Positions 1-10,947 of a stretch of DNA of 64,000 nucleotides are shown one piece after another (within the stretch, counting starts at the first letter, position 1; each line of letters starts with the position of its first letter). The DNA comes from Bacteroidaceae bacterium (GTDB taxonomy: Bacteria > Bacteroidota > Bacteroidia > Bacteroidales > Bacteroidaceae): NCBI GenBank assembly GCA_045646965.1, contig JAZRLR010000006.1:234-64233 (forward strand), given 5' to 3'. The position numbers were made by a program, and so were the translations under genes. Under the pieces are notes generated by a model. It was not told the origin of the DNA. It worked only from the letters and a program-made list of their open reading frames with translations, and ran no database searches.

Positions 1-155
1 AGGCTGTTAAAGAGGCTTGTGGCCTTGGCTTGAAAGAGGCTAAAGACCTTGTAGATGGTGCTCCCAGCACATTGAAAGAGGGTATGGCAAAGGCAGAGGC
101 TGAGTCTTTGAAGAAGACTATCGAGGAGTCTGGTGCCGAGATCGAGCTTAAGTAA
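1..155 (+). CDS. rplL: 50S ribosomal protein L7/L12, C-terminal fragment (5' end outside window)
   Basis: Frame 3 reads without stops as [50 protein letters not shown], with stop TAA at 153-155. This is the conserved L7/L12 C-terminal domain. It sits directly upstream of rpoB, as in the conserved rplL-rpoB-rpoC order. Confidence 0.9.
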   Translation, partial: AVKEACGLGLKEAKDLVDGAPSTLKEGMAKAEAESLKKTIEESGAEIELK

Positions 156-184
156 GAAATCCCGCCCTGCACAAGGGTATCAAT

Positions 185-220
185 GGTTAAGAACCCCGCT
201 AAAAGGGTTCTTAACCTTTT
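185..220 (+). terminator. Rho-independent terminator/attenuator hairpin between rplL and rpoB
   Basis: Perfect 12-bp stem GGTTAAGAACCC (185-196) / GGGTTCTTAACC (205-216), 8-nt loop, followed by TTTT (217-220). Confidence 0.7.
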
Positions 221-260
221 GTGCGTAAAATAAAAGTAAGTTCTAAAACATTCTTCCACA

Positions 261-3200
261 ATGTCTCTAAAAACTGATAATCAAAGAATTAACTTTGCTT
301 CTATAAAAGATCCTATGCCTTGCCCGGACTTTTTGGAAGTACAATTGAAATCTTTCGAAGATTTCCTCCAATTGGATACTCCTCCCGAAAAAAGAGTGAA
401 TGACGGCCTTTACAAAGTATTTGCCGAAAACTTCCCTATAACCGATACGAGGAACAATTTTGTATTGGAGTTTCTTGACTATTACATCGATCCTCCCCGC
501 TACTCTATAAGCGAGTGTTTGGAGCGTGGTCTCACATATAGTGTTCCCCTTAAAGCAAAGTTGAAGCTCTATTGTACCGATCCCGACCACGAGGACTTCG
601 ATACAGTTATCCAGGATGTATTCCTTGGCCCCATCCCCTATATGACCAAGCAGGGTACATTCATCATCAATGGTGCAGAGCGCGTTGTGGTATCACAGTT
701 GCACCGTTCACCCGGTGTGTTCTTCGGTCAGAGTGTTCACGCTAACGGAACACCCTTGTATTCGGCTCGTATCATACCTTTCAAAGGTTCTTGGATTGAG
801 TTCGCTACCGACATCAACAATGTGATGTACGCATACATCGACCGTAAGAAGAAGTTGCCCGTAACAACACTGTTGCGTGCCATCGGTTTTGAGTCGGATA
901 AGGATATTCTTGAGATATTCGACCTTGCCGAGGATTTCAAAGTAACAAAGACAAGCCTGAAGAAGGCTATCGGCCGCAAGATGGCCGGTCGCGTGGTGAA
1001 GACAAAGCAAGAGGACTTTGTTGATCCCGATACAGGTGAGGTTGTATCTATCGAGCGTAGCGAGGTTATCATCGAGCGCGAGGCAATCCTTGACCAGGAT
1101 CTCGTAGATCGTATCCTCGACAGCGGTGTCGAGACTATCCTTCTCCATAAGGAGAGCGAGGGTAGCGACTCACTCGACTATTCGCTCATCTTCAACACTC
1201 TCGACAAGGATACAAGTAACTCGGAGCGTGAGGCGGTTAATTACATTTTCCGTCAGTTGCGTAACGCCGAGCCCGCCGACGACGCCAGCGCACGCGAGGT
1301 AATCAATAACCTTTTCTTCTCGGAGAAACGTTATGACCTTGGCGACGTAGGTCGTTACCGCATCAACCGCAAGCTCGGTCTTACAACCGATATGTCGGTA
1401 AGAGTGCTTACTAAAGAGGATATTATAGAGATTATCAAATATCTCATCGGACTTGTGAACTCAAAGGCTGTAGTCGATGATATCGACCACTTGAGCAACC
1501 GTCGCGTGCGTACCGTAGGCGAGCAGCTGTCTAACCAGTTTGCAATCGGTCTTGCGCGTATGGCCCGTACAATCCGTGAGAGAATGAACGTTCGCGACAA
1601 CGAGGTGTTTACACCCACCGACCTTATCAACGCAAAGACTGTGTCGGCTGTAATCAACACCTTCTTTGGTACAAATGCCTTGTCGCAGTTTATGGACCAA
1701 ACCAACCCCTTGGCCGAAATCACACACAAACGCCGTCTCTCGGCTCTCGGCCCCGGCGGTCTTTCGCGTGAGCGTGCAGGTTTCGAGGTTCGAGACGTTC
1801 ACTACACACACTATGGCCGTCTCTGTCCCATTGAGACTCCCGAGGGTCCCAACATTGGACTTATTTCGTCATTGTGTATTTATGCAAAGATTAACGAGCT
1901 CGGCTTTATTGTCACACCTTATAGAAAGGCCGGTGACTGCAAAGTTGATATAAATAATAATAATGTAGTTTACTACACCGCCGAGGAGGAGGAGGGCAAG
2001 ATTATCGCTCAGGGTAACGCTCCCCTTGACGAGAATGGTAACTTCATACTTAAAAAGGTAAAAACCCGTCAGGATGCAGATTACCCTGTTGTAACTCCCG
2101 ACCGCGTGGAGCTTATGGACGTTTCGCCCCAGCAGATTGCATCTATCGCTGCGTCGCTCATTCCCTTCCTTGAGCACGACGATGCCAACCGTGCGCTGAT
2201 GGGATCGAATATGATGCGCCAGGCTGTTCCCTTGCTCACCACCGAGGCTCCTATTGTGGGTACAGGTATTGAGCGTCAGCTTGTAGAGGACTCACGTACA
2301 CAGATTGTTGCCGAGGGCGACGGTGTAATTGAGTTTGTCGATGCATCGAGAATTGTAATTAAGTACGACCGCACCGACGAGGAGGAGTTCGTAAGCTTCG
2401 AGCCCGCTTCAAAGGAGTATATCATACCCAAGTTCCGTCGTACCAACCAGAATATGACCATCGACCTTCGTCCTATCTGCGACAAGGGCCAGAAGGTAAA
2501 AGCCGGTGATATCCTCACCGAGGGATATTCGACACAGGCCGGTGAGCTCGCTCTCGGAAAGAACCTCCTTGTAGCTTATATGCCGTGGAAGGGTTATAAC
2601 TATGAGGATGCTATCGTGCTCAACGAGAGAGTAGTACGCGAGGATGTGCTCACATCGGTACACGTCGATGAACTCTCTTTGGAGGTGCGCGAGACAAAAC
2701 GTGGTATGGAGGAGTTTACATACGATATTCCCAACGTGAACGAGGACGCTACAAAAGACCTCGACAAGAACGGTATCATCCGTGTGGGAGCCTATGTAAA
2801 ACCCGGTGATATCATCATCGGTAAGATCACTCCCAAGGGTGAGTCAGATCCCACTCCCGAGGAGAAACTGTTACGTGCCATCTTTGGTGACAAGGCAGGT
2901 GATGTGAAGGATGTGTCGTTGAAGGCATCTCCCTCTTTGCAGGGTGTTGTAATCGGTCGTCGTCTTTTCCAGAAGGCCGAGAAGACACGTTCGGCAAAAT
3001 TGGCGGACAAAGCCAAGTTGCCCAAGATCGACGACGAGTTTATGCAGAAGGTGGGCGCTCTCAAAGATGTGCTCGTAAACAAGCTGCTCACACTCATCGA
3101 CGGCCGTGTTTCACAGGGTGTTAAAGACTTTATGGGCACCGAGGTTATCGCCAAAGGCGCTAAATTTATGAAGGGTGAGCTCGAGGCTCTCGACTACGAT

Positions 3201-4079
3201 TCGATACAGTTGAGCAAGTGGACAGCCGATGCACACACCAACGACCTCATTCGTGCTCTCATCATAAACTATCTGCACAAGTACAAACAGCTCGATGCAG
3301 AGGTTAAACGCGAGAAGTTTGCTCTCACCATCGGTGACGAGCTTCCCTCGGGTACAATGAAGATGGCCAAGGTTTATGTTGCGAAGAAACGTAAAATTGG
3401 TGTCGGAGATAAGATGGCCGGTCGCCACGGTAACAAGGGTATCGTGTCACGCGTGGTTCGTCAGGAGGATATGCCTTTCTTGGCCGATGGTACTCCCGTT
3501 GATATTATCCTTAACCCTCTGGGTGTGCCTTCGCGTATGAACATCGGACAGATATTCGAGACTGTACTCGGTCGCGCAGGTAAAGAGCTCGGCGTTAAGT
3601 TTGCCACACCTATCTTCGATGGTGCGAAACTCGACGACCTTTGCACTTGGACAGACAAAGCCGGTATCCCCCGCTTCGGTAAGACATACCTCTACGACGG
3701 TGGTACAGGTGAGCAGTTTGACCAGCCTGCGACAGTGGGTGTGAGCTATATGCTCAAGCTCGGTCATATGGTCGAGGACAAGATGCACGCACGTTCTATC
3801 GGTCCTTACTCACTTATCACACAGCAGCCGCTCGGTGGTAAGGCACAGTTCGGAGGCCAGCGTTTCGGAGAGATGGAGGTTTGGGCACTCGAGGCATTCG
3901 GTGCAGCACACATCCTTCAGGAGATTCTGACCATCAAGTCGGACGACGTTGCAGGCCGTTCAAAGGCATACGAGGCTATTGTGAAGGGCGATGCAATGCC
4001 CACACCTTCACTGCCCGAGTCGTTGAACGTATTGCTCCACGAGCTTCGCGGATTAGGTTTGAGTATTTCATTTGAATAA
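261..4079 (+). CDS. rpoB: DNA-directed RNA polymerase subunit beta
   Basis: 1272-aa ORF with ATG start. Hallmark RpoB segments are present: [88 protein letters not shown]. Confidence 0.99.
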   Translation: MSLKTDNQRINFASIKDPMPCPDFLEVQLKSFEDFLQLDTPPEKRVNDGLYKVFAENFPITDTRNNFVLEFLDYYIDPPRYSISECLERGLTYSVPLKAKLKLYCTDPDHEDFDTVIQDVFLGPIPYMTKQGTFIINGAERVVVSQLHRSPGVFFGQSVHANGTPLYSARIIPFKGSWIEFATDINNVMYAYIDRKKKLPVTTLLRAIGFESDKDILEIFDLAEDFKVTKTSLKKAIGRKMAGRVVKTKQEDFVDPDTGEVVSIERSEVIIEREAILDQDLVDRILDSGVETILLHKESEGSDSLDYSLIFNTLDKDTSNSEREAVNYIFRQLRNAEPADDASAREVINNLFFSEKRYDLGDVGRYRINRKLGLTTDMSVRVLTKEDIIEIIKYLIGLVNSKAVVDDIDHLSNRRVRTVGEQLSNQFAIGLARMARTIRERMNVRDNEVFTPTDLINAKTVSAVINTFFGTNALSQFMDQTNPLAEITHKRRLSALGPGGLSRERAGFEVRDVHYTHYGRLCPIETPEGPNIGLISSLCIYAKINELGFIVTPYRKAGDCKVDINNNNVVYYTAEEEEGKIIAQGNAPLDENGNFILKKVKTRQDADYPVVTPDRVELMDVSPQQIASIAASLIPFLEHDDANRALMGSNMMRQAVPLLTTEAPIVGTGIERQLVEDSRTQIVAEGDGVIEFVDASRIVIKYDRTDEEEFVSFEPASKEYIIPKFRRTNQNMTIDLRPICDKGQKVKAGDILTEGYSTQAGELALGKNLLVAYMPWKGYNYEDAIVLNERVVREDVLTSVHVDELSLEVRETKRGMEEFTYDIPNVNEDATKDLDKNGIIRVGAYVKPGDIIIGKITPKGESDPTPEEKLLRAIFGDKAGDVKDVSLKASPSLQGVVIGRRLFQKAEKTRSAKLADKAKLPKIDDEFMQKVGALKDVLVNKLLTLIDGRVSQGVKDFMGTEVIAKGAKFMKGELEALDYDSIQLSKWTADAHTNDLIRALIINYLHKYKQLDAEVKREKFALTIGDELPSGTMKMAKVYVAKKRKIGVGDKMAGRHGNKGIVSRVVRQEDMPFLADGTPVDIILNPLGVPSRMNIGQIFETVLGRAGKELGVKFATPIFDGAKLDDLCTWTDKAGIPRFGKTYLYDGGTGEQFDQPATVGVSYMLKLGHMVEDKMHARSIGPYSLITQQPLGGKAQFGGQRFGEMEVWALEAFGAAHILQEILTIKSDDVAGRSKAYEAIVKGDAMPTPSLPESLNVLLHELRGLGLSISFE

Positions 4080-4110
4080 TTAATTCCATCACGTTTGTCA
4101 AAATACAACT

Positions 4111-7100
4111 ATGGCTTTTAGAAAAGAATCAAAGACAAAAACAAATTTTACGAAGATTACCATCGGTCTTGCTTCACCGCAGGAGATTTTGGGTAATTCG
4201 TGCGGCGAGGTGTTGAAACCCGAGACAATCAACTATCGTACCTATAAGCCCGAGCGTGACGGATTGTTCTGCGAGCGTATCTTCGGTCCTGTAAAGGATT
4301 ACGAGTGCCATTGCGGAAAATACAAACGCATCAGATATAAAGGCATCGTCTGCGACCGTTGCGGTGTAATGGTTACAGAGAAGAAAGTACGTCGTGAGCG
4401 TATGGGACACATCCAGTTGGTTGTTCCCGTGGCACACATCTGGTACTTCCGTTCTCTCCCCAACAAGATAGGTTATCTGTTGGGCTTGCCCACCAAGATG
4501 CTCGATGCAGTTATCTACTACGAGAAATATATAGTAATACAGCCCGGTGTGATGGCACGCAAGGAGGACGAGACACGTCAGGACGTTCCCGGCAAGGAGA
4601 ACGTGCTCGACGGTGTAAACGCCTACCAGTTGCTTTCAGAGGAGGAGTATTTGAACATTATGGACAACCTCCCCGAGGGCAACGAGTACCTCGAGGACAG
4701 CGACCCCAATAAGTTTATCGCCAAGATGGGTGCAGAGGCCATTCAGGACCTCTTGGCACGCATCGACCTCGACTCACTCTCTTACGAGTTGCGTAACCGC
4801 GCCAACACCGATATGTCGCAGCAGCGCAAGAACGAGGCTCTCAAACGCCTTCAGGTGGTAGAGTCGTTCCGTTCTTCTATGGCGGCATCAAACGGCAATA
4901 ACCGTCCCGAGTGGATGATTATGACCGTAATCCCCGTGATTCCCCCCGAATTGCGTCCTTTGGTGCCCCTCGATGGCGGCCGTTTCGCTACATCAGACCT
5001 CAACGACCTCTATCGTCGTGTAATCATCCGTAACAACCGCTTGAAGAAGCTCATCGAGATTAAGGCACCCGAGGTTATCTTGCGTAACGAGAAGCGTATG
5101 TTGCAGGAGGCTGTCGATTCACTCTTCGACAACTCACGCAAGGCAAGCGCATTGAAGTCAGAGGCTAACCGTCCTTTGAAATCACTCTCCGACAGTTTGA
5201 AGGGTAAGCAGGGACGTTTCCGTCAGAACCTTCTCGGTAAGCGTGTCGATTATTCAGCACGTTCGGTAATCGTCGTAGGCCCCGAGCTCAAGATGGGTGA
5301 ATGCGGTATCCCCAAACTGATGGCTGCCGAGCTCTACAAACCGTTCATCATCCGTAAGCTCATTGAGCGCGGTATTGTGAAGACCGTTAAATCGGCCAAG
5401 AAGTTTGTAGACCGTCGCGACCCCAAAATCTGGGATATCCTTGAGCACGTAATGAAGGGACACCCCGTGCTCCTCAACCGTGCGCCGACACTTCACCGTC
5501 TCGGTATCCAGGCGTTCCAGCCCAAGATGATCGAGGGTAAGGCTATCCAGCTCCACCCCCTTGCTTGTACCGCGTTCAACGCCGACTTCGACGGTGACCA
5601 GATGGCCGTTCACTTGCCTTTGAGCAACGAGGCTATCTTGGAGGCACAGATGCTTATGTTGCAGTCACACAATATCCTTAACCCCTCGAACGGTGCTCCT
5701 ATCACAGTGCCCTCGCAGGATATGGTACTCGGTTTGTACTACATCACCAAGCTGCGTGAGGGTGCCAAGGGTTCGGGTATGATATTCTATGGTCCCGAGG
5801 AGGCGCTTATCGCCTACAACCAGGGCCGTGTAGATATCCACGCACCTGTTAAGGTTATGGTAGAGGACCGCGACGAGAACGGTGACTATGTACAGGTGCT
5901 CCGTGAGACATCGGTAGGACGTGTGATAGTGAACCAGGTGGTGCCCCGCGAGATGGGATTCATAAACACCATCGTATCTAAAAAATCACTCCGTGATATC
6001 ATCACCGAGGTTATCAAACGCGTGGGAGTTGCCCGTTCGGCAGAGTTCCTCGACGGAATCAAGAACCTCGGATACTATATGGCCTTTAAGGGCGGTCTGT
6101 CGTTCAACCTCGACGATGTTATCATCCCCGAGGAGAAGGCAGAGCTCGTTCGCAAGGGTAACGAGAAGGTCGAGGAGATTCTTGCAGAGTATAACCTCGG
6201 TCTTATCACCGACAAAGAGCGTTATAACAAGGTGGTCGATGAGTGGACACACGTAAACAGCGACCTTGCCGACGTTCTTATGAAGACTATCTCGACCGAC
6301 GACCAGGGCTTCAACTCGGTATATATGATGCTCGATTCAGGTGCCCGTGGTTCTAAAGACCAGATTCGTCAGCTCTCGGGTATGCGTGGTCTTATGGCCA
6401 AGCCCCAGAAAGCCGGTTCAGAGGGTGCACAGATTATCGAGAACCCCATTCTTTCGAACTTTAAGGAGGGACTTTCGGTGCTTGAGTACTTTATCTCGTC
6501 TCACGGTGCCCGTAAGGGTCTTGCCGATACCGCGTTGAAGACAGCCGACGCCGGATACCTCACACGTCGTCTTGTGGACGTTTCACACGACGTAATTATC
6601 AACGAGGAGGATTGCGGCACATTGCGCGGACTTGTATGTACAGCACTCAAGAACGGCGACGAGACAATTGCAAAGCTCAGCGAGCGTATCCTTGGCCGTG
6701 TATCGGTACACGATGTGGTAGATCCCACAACAGGCAAGGTGCTTGTAGCTGCAGGCGAGCTCATCACAGAGGCTATTGCCGATGAGATTGAGAAGTCTCC
6801 CATCGAGAGCGTTGAGATACGTTCGGTACTCACCTGTGAGTCTAAACAGGGTGTTTGTGCAAAATGTTACGGACGCAACCTTGCTACCAGCCGTATGGTT
6901 GAGAAGGGTGAGGCTGTGGGTGTTATCGCGGCACAGTCTATCGGTGAGCCCGGTACACAGCTTACACTTCGTACCTTCCACGCCGGAGGTACCGCGGGTA
7001 ACGTTGCAGCCGATGCCACAATCAAGGCAAAGCACGCTTCGCGCTTGAGCTTCGAGGAGTTGCGTACAGTTGATACCATCGACACCGACGGTTCTCCCGT

Positions 7101-8460
7101 GAAGATTGTAGTGAGCCGCTTGAGTGAGGTACGTTTCGTGGATATAAACACAGGTATCGTTCTCTCTTCTCACAACATACCTTACGGTTCAAAACTCTTT
7201 GCCGCAGAGGGCGATGTAGTGGAGCCCGGCAAGGTCATCGCAATGTGGGACCCCTTCAACGCAGTTATCGTTACCGAGGTTGCGGGTAAGGTAGAGTTCG
7301 AGTCGGTTATCGACAACGTAACCTACAAGGTAGAGACCGACGAGAGTACAGGCTTGCACGAGATTGTGATTATCGAGTCTAAAGACAAGACCAAGATACC
7401 TACCGTGCGCATCAACGATGAGAACGGAGTTACCTTGCACACATACAACCTCCCCGTGGGCGGTCACGTCGTTATCGACGACAAACAGATGCTCAAGGCC
7501 GGAGATGTGCTTGTGAAGATTCCTCGTGTATTTGGTGGTGCAGGCGATATCACCGGTGGTCTTCCCCGTGTAACCGAGCTGTTTGAGGCTCGTAACCCCT
7601 CTAACCCCGCAGTTGTATCAGAAATCGACGGAGAGGTTTCTATGGGTAAGGTAAAACGTGGTAACCGCGAGATTATCGTAACATCAAAGGTGGGCGATGT
7701 CAAGAAATATCTTGTTGCGCTTTCTAAACAGATTCTTGTACAGGACGGCGACTATGTACGTGCCGGTACTCCTCTGTCAGACGGTGCCATCACTCCTTCT
7801 GATATCCTTGCAATCAAGGGTTCCACAGCCGTTCAGGAGTATATCGTGAACGAGGCACAGGATGTGTACCGCTCACAGGGTGTGAAGATTAACGACAAGC
7901 ACTTCGAGATTATCGTACGTCAGATGATGCGTAAGGTGCAAATCAACGAGCCCGGCGATACACGCTTCCTCGAGCTTCAGATTGTGGATAAGTTGCAGTT
8001 CCAGGAGGAGAACGACCGCATCTGGGGTAAGAAAGTGGTTGTCGATGCAGGTGACTCTGAAAACCTCAAGCCCGGTCAGATTATCACAGCCCGCAAGTTG
8101 CGCGACGAGAACAGTATGCTCAAACGCCGCGACCTCAAGCCCATTATCTCACGCGATGCACAGCCCGCTACATCTACACAGATTCTGCAGGGTATCACAC
8201 GTGCCGCATTGCAGACACAGAGCTTTATGTCGGCTGCATCGTTCCAGGAGACTACAAAGGTGCTCAACGAGGCTGCAATCAATATGAAGAGCGACTACCT
8301 CTTGGGTATGAAGGAGAACGTAATTTGCGGTCACCTCATTCCCGCCGGTACAGGACAGCGCGAGTTCAGCCGCATCATCGTAGGTTCAAAAGACGACTAC
8401 GAGCGCATACAGGCAAACAAAAGAACAGTGCTCGATTTCTCCGATTCGGCAGACGAGTAA
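4111..8460 (+). CDS. rpoC: DNA-directed RNA polymerase subunit beta'
   Basis: 1449-aa ORF starting 32 nt after rpoB. It has the zinc-finger region [20 protein letters not shown], the catalytic [12 protein letters not shown] motif and the [15 protein letters not shown] segment. Confidence 0.99.
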   Translation: MAFRKESKTKTNFTKITIGLASPQEILGNSCGEVLKPETINYRTYKPERDGLFCERIFGPVKDYECHCGKYKRIRYKGIVCDRCGVMVTEKKVRRERMGHIQLVVPVAHIWYFRSLPNKIGYLLGLPTKMLDAVIYYEKYIVIQPGVMARKEDETRQDVPGKENVLDGVNAYQLLSEEEYLNIMDNLPEGNEYLEDSDPNKFIAKMGAEAIQDLLARIDLDSLSYELRNRANTDMSQQRKNEALKRLQVVESFRSSMAASNGNNRPEWMIMTVIPVIPPELRPLVPLDGGRFATSDLNDLYRRVIIRNNRLKKLIEIKAPEVILRNEKRMLQEAVDSLFDNSRKASALKSEANRPLKSLSDSLKGKQGRFRQNLLGKRVDYSARSVIVVGPELKMGECGIPKLMAAELYKPFIIRKLIERGIVKTVKSAKKFVDRRDPKIWDILEHVMKGHPVLLNRAPTLHRLGIQAFQPKMIEGKAIQLHPLACTAFNADFDGDQMAVHLPLSNEAILEAQMLMLQSHNILNPSNGAPITVPSQDMVLGLYYITKLREGAKGSGMIFYGPEEALIAYNQGRVDIHAPVKVMVEDRDENGDYVQVLRETSVGRVIVNQVVPREMGFINTIVSKKSLRDIITEVIKRVGVARSAEFLDGIKNLGYYMAFKGGLSFNLDDVIIPEEKAELVRKGNEKVEEILAEYNLGLITDKERYNKVVDEWTHVNSDLADVLMKTISTDDQGFNSVYMMLDSGARGSKDQIRQLSGMRGLMAKPQKAGSEGAQIIENPILSNFKEGLSVLEYFISSHGARKGLADTALKTADAGYLTRRLVDVSHDVIINEEDCGTLRGLVCTALKNGDETIAKLSERILGRVSVHDVVDPTTGKVLVAAGELITEAIADEIEKSPIESVEIRSVLTCESKQGVCAKCYGRNLATSRMVEKGEAVGVIAAQSIGEPGTQLTLRTFHAGGTAGNVAADATIKAKHASRLSFEELRTVDTIDTDGSPVKIVVSRLSEVRFVDINTGIVLSSHNIPYGSKLFAAEGDVVEPGKVIAMWDPFNAVIVTEVAGKVEFESVIDNVTYKVETDESTGLHEIVIIESKDKTKIPTVRINDENGVTLHTYNLPVGGHVVIDDKQMLKAGDVLVKIPRVFGGAGDITGGLPRVTELFEARNPSNPAVVSEIDGEVSMGKVKRGNREIIVTSKVGDVKKYLVALSKQILVQDGDYVRAGTPLSDGAITPSDILAIKGSTAVQEYIVNEAQDVYRSQGVKINDKHFEIIVRQMMRKVQINEPGDTRFLELQIVDKLQFQEENDRIWGKKVVVDAGDSENLKPGQIITARKLRDENSMLKRRDLKPIISRDAQPATSTQILQGITRAALQTQSFMSAASFQETTKVLNEAAINMKSDYLLGMKENVICGHLIPAGTGQREFSRIIVGSKDDYERIQANKRTVLDFSDSADE

Positions 8461-8481
8461 AAATAAATAGATAGAAAAGCA

Positions 8482-8514
8482 GGGTGGTGCCATAAAGCAC
8501 CACCCTATTTTTTT
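8482..8514 (+). terminator. Rho-independent terminator after rpoC
   Basis: Stem GGGTGGTGC (8482-8490) / GCACCACCC (8497-8505), loop CATAAA, then TATTTTTTT. Confidence 0.8.
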
Positions 8515-8572
8515 CTATCTACGCACGCGATATAAGTATTATATTTTTTTTTGATTTGTAAAAAATATAATC

Positions 8573-8580
8573 TAAATTTG
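8573..8580 (+). promoter_or_regulatory. Candidate Bacteroidota -7 box (TAAATTTG)
   Basis: Matches the TAnnTTTG consensus of Bacteroidetes sigma-A promoters. It lies 32 nt upstream of the ATG at 8612, in an AT-rich spacer. Confidence 0.4.
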
Positions 8581-8611
8581 CAATATAATCGTAAAATAGC
8601 ATAATAGGGCG

Positions 8612-9424
8612 ATGAGCGAAATGTTGCAGATTGATATAGATGCCATCTTGGCTGCAAAAGCCGGCAAAAAGGCGCGTTATGTACCGCGTTTCCTTGTCTC
8701 GTATCTCAAAAAGATAGTTCATCAGGACGAGATGAACGAGTTTCTGCGTGCTCACGGCGACAAGCGCGACCTTGCCTTCATAGGCGAGTTTATGAAATAC
8801 TTCAATAACTCGTTCGACGTGCAAGGGCTCGAGAATCTCCCCTCGGAGGGGCGTTACACCTTTGTGAGCAATCACCCCCTGGGTGCGCAGGACGGTCTCG
8901 GCCTCGCCTATATCCTCGGCAGCAAGTACGAGGGCAAGATAAAACTCCTTGTGAACGACCTGCTTATGAATATCCCCAATATAGCTTCGTTTTGGGTGCC
9001 CATAAACAAAACGGGCAAGCAGGCACGTAATTTCCCGCAGCAGGTGAACGCCGCTTTCGAGAGCGACAATAATATCGTAATGTTTCCCGCAGGAATATGC
9101 TCGCGTCGCACCAATGGCGTCATACGCGACCTTGAGTGGAAAAAGACCTTTATCACAAAGAGTGTGCAGACACAGCGCGACATCATCCCCATACACTTTG
9201 AGGGGCAGAACTCCGACTTTTTCTATCGCTTGGCTAATATAAACAAAATGCTCGGGCTCAAATTCAATATCGCGATGCTCTACTTGAGCGACGAGATGTT
9301 CAAGAACAAAAATAAAACATTTAAAGTAACAATAGGCAAGCCAATTCCCTGGCAAACATTCGACAAGAGCCGCAAGCCTGTCGAGTGGGCGCAGTATGTG
9401 AAAGAGTTGGTGTACCAATTGTAA
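8612..9424 (+). CDS. Lysophospholipid/1-acyl-glycerol-3-phosphate-type O-acyltransferase (glycine-lipid glsA-like)
   Basis: 270-aa ORF. Acyltransferase block FVSNHPLGAQDG (an H-x5-D variant of the PlsC HXXXXD box) and downstream FPAGICSRR (the PlsC-like FPEG(T)R block). The next gene is an OlsB-type N-acyltransferase. Confidence 0.7.
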   Translation: MSEMLQIDIDAILAAKAGKKARYVPRFLVSYLKKIVHQDEMNEFLRAHGDKRDLAFIGEFMKYFNNSFDVQGLENLPSEGRYTFVSNHPLGAQDGLGLAYILGSKYEGKIKLLVNDLLMNIPNIASFWVPINKTGKQARNFPQQVNAAFESDNNIVMFPAGICSRRTNGVIRDLEWKKTFITKSVQTQRDIIPIHFEGQNSDFFYRLANINKMLGLKFNIAMLYLSDEMFKNKNKTFKVTIGKPIPWQTFDKSRKPVEWAQYVKELVYQL

Positions 9425-9441
9425 TCTACGACATAAAATAT

Positions 9442-10440
9442 ATGGAAGAAATAATTGCTCCGGTTCCCAAAGAACTGCTCAAGGCCGAACTGACCGAAGA
9501 AAAACGTCTGCGTTTCACACATCGCAGCAATAATGAGATTTATATAGTTACGGCTTTCGACTCGCCCAATGTGATGCGAGAGATAGGTCGTCTGCGCGAG
9601 ATTGCTTTTCGTGCAGCGGGTGGCGGCACCGGCAAGTCGGTCGATATAGACGAGTTCGACACAATGGAGAATCCCTATAAACAGCTCATTGTGTGGAATC
9701 CCGAGTGCGACGATATCATAGGCGGTTATCGCTACATCTATGGCGGCGATGTGCGTATGGACGAGAATGGCGAGCCCGAGATTGCCACAGCGCACGGAAT
9801 GTTCCGTTTCTCCGACAAGTTTAAGCAGGAGATTCTTCCCCACACCGTGGAACTGGGCCGTGCCTTTGTGGCGCTCGAGTACCAGTCGTCGAAGATGGGC
9901 TCAAAGAGTATCTTTGCACTCGATAACCTGTGGGACGGTCTGGGTGCGCTCACCGTGGTGCTTCCCGGTGTGAAATACCTCTTCGGCAAGGTTACGATGT
10001 ATCCCTCATATCTCACAAAGGCACGAGATATGATACTCTATTTCCTCAAGAAACACTTCCCCGATCCCGAGGGGCTTGTGCTCCCCGTTACCCCTCTGCA
10101 GATAGAGACTCCCGAGGAGGAACTGCGCGTTCTCTTCTGCAAGGATAATTTCAAGGAAGACTACCGCATACTAAAGCAGGAGGTTCATCGCTACGGCTTG
10201 AGCATCCCCCCTATGGTGAACGCCTATATGGGCCTCTCGCCCACAATGAAGATATTCGGAACAGCTGTAAACAAGGGCTTTGGCAATGTCGAGGAGACAG
10301 GCCTTCTTATCGCTGTCGATGAATTGCAGGATGACAAGAGAATGCGATATATCGAATCGTTTGCCAAGGAGAACCCCGATGCCATCAAGTTCACATCCGG
10401 AGCAAACAAGGTTTTCTATCAATCGGATAATAAAATTTGA
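9442..10440 (+). CDS. GNAT-fold N-acyltransferase of the OlsB / N-acyl-amino-acid synthase type (glsB/choA-like, often annotated hemolysin)
   Basis: The listed ORF runs 9385-10440. It is trimmed to the in-frame ATG at 9442 (MEEIIAPVPKELL...), which removes the overlap with the upstream gene. Length (~332 aa), the LREIAFR...GG..GK..D.DEFD segment and pairing with an acyltransferase match the Bacteroidales glycine-lipid gene pair. Confidence 0.6.
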   Translation: MEEIIAPVPKELLKAELTEEKRLRFTHRSNNEIYIVTAFDSPNVMREIGRLREIAFRAAGGGTGKSVDIDEFDTMENPYKQLIVWNPECDDIIGGYRYIYGGDVRMDENGEPEIATAHGMFRFSDKFKQEILPHTVELGRAFVALEYQSSKMGSKSIFALDNLWDGLGALTVVLPGVKYLFGKVTMYPSYLTKARDMILYFLKKHFPDPEGLVLPVTPLQIETPEEELRVLFCKDNFKEDYRILKQEVHRYGLSIPPMVNAYMGLSPTMKIFGTAVNKGFGNVEETGLLIAVDELQDDKRMRYIESFAKENPDAIKFTSGANKVFYQSDNKI

Positions 10441-10457
10441 TAATAAGATACGAAGGG

Positions 10458-10490
10458 CTCCGAGAACAAACTGCGTTGCTCGGAGTTTTT
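10458..10490 (+). terminator. Rho-independent terminator
   Basis: Stem CTCCGAG (10458-10464) / CTCGGAG (10479-10485), followed by TTTTT. Confidence 0.55.
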
Positions 10491-10509
10491 CATTTAATGA
10501 AGTTAGTAT

Positions 10510-10941
10510 ATGAAAGTGCAGATAATAAATAAATCGAAACATCAGTTGCCTTCGTACGAGACAGTTTTGTCGGCAGGTATGGATTTGAGGGCAAATATCG
10601 ACGCTCCCATAGAACTGCAGCCCCTGCAGCGCACCCTCGTTCCCACAGGTCTTTTTATGGCCCTTCCCGCAGGCTACGAGGCGCAGGTGCGTCCCCGCAG
10701 CGGCCTTGCCATAAAGAAAGGAATCACCGTGCTCAACTCACCCGGAACCATCGACGCCGACTATCGCGGTGAGGTGTGCGTGATACTTGTAAACCTCTCT
10801 TCGGAGCCCTTTACCATCACCGACGGTGAGCGCATAGCGCAGATGGTAATTGCCCGCCACGAGCAGGTCGAGTGGAGCGAGGTCGAGGTGCTCGACGAGA
10901 CAGAGCGTGGAGCAGGCGGTTTTGGTCATACAGGAGTTTAA
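10510..10941 (+). CDS. dut: dUTP diphosphatase
   Basis: 143-aa ORF with the dUTPase motifs [23 protein letters not shown] and GGFGHTG. Confidence 0.95.
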   Translation: MKVQIINKSKHQLPSYETVLSAGMDLRANIDAPIELQPLQRTLVPTGLFMALPAGYEAQVRPRSGLAIKKGITVLNSPGTIDADYRGEVCVILVNLSSEPFTITDGERIAQMVIARHEQVEWSEVEVLDETERGAGGFGHTGV

Positions 10942-10947
10942 GATAAT

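Noticed and set aside
1947-1975. AT-rich island inside rpoB encoding D-I-N-N-N-N-V-V-Y.
   Set aside because: It is in frame and sits in a known variable, lineage-specific region of RpoB. It is a short poly-Asn tract, and nothing suggests an insertion element or a regulatory site.
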